Below, one piece after another: positions 31,272 through 33,095 of a DNA stretch of 33,095 nucleotides; the first letter of the stretch is position 1, and each line of letters begins with the position of its first letter. The DNA comes from Planctomycetota bacterium (GTDB taxonomy: Bacteria; Planctomycetota; UBA8742; JACQVU01). The stretch spans positions 1 through 33,095 of the forward strand of contig JACQVU010000012.1 of assembly GCA_016209585.1 (NCBI GenBank), given 5' to 3'. The translations under genes were made by a program, and so were the position numbers. The notes beneath the pieces are model-generated. The model saw nothing but the letters and a program-made list of their open reading frames with translations. It did no database searches and had not been told where the DNA came from.

Positions 31272-32993
31272 CTACAACCGGATGGTGGCTTCAGCCACGG
31301 CGGCGGCGGGGGCGATGGGCAGGATCACCTGGAACCGGCTGCCCTTGCCGCGCTCGCTCTCGACGTCGATGCGCCCGCCGTGCCCCTCGACGAGGTACTT
31401 GCAGATGGTGAGGCCGAGTCCGGAGCCGTCCACCTCGCGGGTGAGTTTCTCGTCCACGCGGTAGAACTTGCGGAAGATCTTCTTCAATTCCTTCTTCGGA
31501 ATGCCGATGCCGTGGTCCACCACCTCCAGCACCACCTCCGCGCCCCGCCGGTAGAGGCGCAGGAAGACGGTCTTGTCGACCGGCGAGTACTTCAGGGCGT
31601 TGGAGAGCAGATTGATGATCACCTCGCGCACCGCGTTGCGGTCGACGAAGCAGGGCGGCAGGTCTTTCTGGATGTTCAACACCACCTTCCCGCCGCCCTT
31701 GGCCATCTGCGTGCGGTAGAGGTCGATGGTGGAGCGCGCGATGCGCTCCATGTCTTCCTGGCGGCGATGGATCACTTTGTTGCCGGCCTCCATCTTCGAG
31801 AAGTCGAGGACGCGGTCGATGAGAATGGAGAGCCGCTCCGACTCCTGGAGGATGATGTCCAGCGCCTCCTGCGTCTCCTCCCGGGAATTCACCCGGCCCA
31901 TCTGAAGCGTCTCGATGAACATGCGGATGGACGTCAGCGGGGTCTTCAGTTCGTGCGACACGTTCGACACGAAGTCTGACTTCAGCCGGGCCGTGTTGAT
32001 CTCCCGCGCCACCATCAGCGTGAGAAAGCCCGCGCCCGACAGCACCACGATGGACGCCAGCAGGCCGATCAGCAGCCAGAAATAGGCCCGCGCCTCGCTG
32101 GGCGCGCTCACCGCGCGCGTCTCGGCTCGCAAACGCCAGCCGGCGGCGACGGGGTTGGTGAACGCGGCGTAGGAGACGGTTTCCTCCGCGTCGGCGCCGC
32201 CGGACGCGCCCGCGCCCGCTTCCGCGCCGGCCGCGTTCCCCGGTTCGCCCTCGGACGCGGCGTCGGTGAGCAGGGTGATGCGCGCTTCCCCCGGCAGGCG
32301 CAGGTCGGCGATGCGCCGGCGCAGGTCGGCCGCGATCCCCGCGGCGTCCACCAGAAACACCGCGGCGCCCAGGCGCTCCTCGGTCTCGCCCGCGTTCCAC
32401 ACACGATGGATGATGAAGGCGTCCGCCCCCGGACCAGGGCCGCCCGGCGCCCCGGCGCCGCCCACGGAAGCCGACGTCGGCGCCGGCGCGGACGCGGACG
32501 CGGACGCGGACTGCGCGGCCGGGGCTGGAAGCCGGCGGAGTTCGCATTTCCGGTAGGGGCGCGGCGGGAGTTGCGCGAGCAGACGCGCGGCCTCGTCCGC
32601 GACCCACGGCGCGGCCGGCGTCGCCACCGGCGCCCCGCCAGGCGGCGGGGGAGGCGCGGCCAGGCGGTTGCGGGCGTCAAACAGCAGCACGCCGGCCAGG
32701 CCGGGCGCTCCGCGCGCCAAGGCGTGAAGCCCCGGCGCGGCGGCGTTGAACTCGGCGGCGGTGGCGAAGTCGGGCGCGCCGCGCTCCAGGAGATCGACCG
32801 TCTCCCCCACGCGGCGGTCGGTCTGGCGCGCCAAGTCGTCGGCCAGGCGGGCGGAGACGGCGCGGAGTCGTTCCTGAACCGCCTTCTCTTCGCCGGAGAG
32901 GGTGATGGTTCCCACCGCGACCAGAAGGAAACTGGGCACGGAGACCAGCACCAGGATGGCGGCGAATATCTTTCGGACCGAGAGCGTTTTCAT
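31272..32993 (-). CDS. Membrane sensor histidine kinase (HisKA + HATPase_c), PhoR-like core
   Basis: TM1 is IFAAILVLVSVPSFLLVAVGTI and TM2 is YFWLLIGLLASIVVLSGAGFLTLMVA. The H-box is FVSNVSHELKTPLTSIRMF and the N-box is IINLLSNALKYS. G1 is VVDHGIGIP and G2 is GSGLGLTICKYLVEGHGGRI. A GGAG lies 5 nt upstream of the ATG at 32993. No response regulator is in the window. Confidence 0.9.
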   Translation of the reverse strand: MKTLSVRKIFAAILVLVSVPSFLLVAVGTITLSGEEKAVQERLRAVSARLADDLARQTDRRVGETVDLLERGAPDFATAAEFNAAAPGLHALARGAPGLAGVLLFDARNRLAAPPPPPGGAPVATPAAPWVADEAARLLAQLPPRPYRKCELRRLPAPAAQSASASASAPAPTSASVGGAGAPGGPGPGADAFIIHRVWNAGETEERLGAAVFLVDAAGIAADLRRRIADLRLPGEARITLLTDAASEGEPGNAAGAEAGAGASGGADAEETVSYAAFTNPVAAGWRLRAETRAVSAPSEARAYFWLLIGLLASIVVLSGAGFLTLMVAREINTARLKSDFVSNVSHELKTPLTSIRMFIETLQMGRVNSREETQEALDIILQESERLSILIDRVLDFSKMEAGNKVIHRRQEDMERIARSTIDLYRTQMAKGGGKVVLNIQKDLPPCFVDRNAVREVIINLLSNALKYSPVDKTVFLRLYRRGAEVVLEVVDHGIGIPKKELKKIFRKFYRVDEKLTREVDGSGLGLTICKYLVEGHGGRIDVESERGKGSRFQVILPIAPAAAVAEATIRL

Positions 32994-33017
32994 GGTGCTC
33001 CGCGCTCACGATCGCCG

Positions 33018-33078
33018 GGGTGCTGGGTGCTGGGTGTTGGGTGCTGGGCCCAACACCCAGCACCCAACACCCAACACC
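33018..33078. repeat. Imperfect ~30-bp-arm palindrome built from heptad repeats GGGTG(C/T)T, with G-quadruplex motifs on both strands
   Basis: The + strand reads GGG TGCT GGG TGCT GGG TGTT GGG TGCT GGG | CCC AACA CCC AGCA CCC AACA CCC AACA CC. The arms pair around the GGG|CCC centre (33048/33049). Non-Watson-Crick pairs occur only at the variable heptad position (44/53, 37/60, 30/67, 23/74). It starts 26 nt upstream of the HK start codon. Confidence 0.85.
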
Positions 33079-33095
33079 GCGGTACTCCGCCTGAC

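Overview
This 33.1-kb window is very GC-rich and bacterial in style. I cannot assign a taxon from the sequence alone. The first half (nt 1-16130, + strand) is one giant ORF that runs off the 5' edge, giving more than 5,357 aa in the window. It has three layers of internal repetition: three N-terminal repeats of about 260-320 aa, six modules of about 1.24 kb (FG-GAP/VCBS integrin-like beta-propeller plus Ig/cadherin-like domain), and a C-terminal DUF2341-like, parallel beta-helix and jelly-roll-like region. Next comes a short region of DUF4258-like toxin gene fragments. After that is a visibly lower-GC two-gene module on the + strand. Its first gene encodes a ~1,100-aa fused PD-ExK nuclease and gamma-class N6-adenine methyltransferase (type IIG/IIL-like). 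Its second gene encodes a divergent DprA/Smf-like (SLOG-fold) protein whose start overlaps the first gene's end by 19 nt. The rest of the window is on the minus strand. It holds an ATP-grasp amidoligase-like gene overlapped (GTGA) by an S33 alpha/beta hydrolase, then rluB, a tricorn-type protease and an alkaline-phosphatase/NPP-family gene. A 650-bp extremely GC-rich orphan spacer follows, then a lower-GC, tightly coupled three-gene cassette of unknown function ending in a Cys/His papain-like small protein. The last gene is a sensor histidine kinase preceded by a heptad-built palindrome with G-quadruplex potential. I saw no rRNA, tRNA, CRISPR array, transposase or integrase. The two best candidates for an undescribed system are the type IIG RM + DprA-like pair (16.6-20.7 kb) and the three-gene cassette (29.4-31.2 kb).
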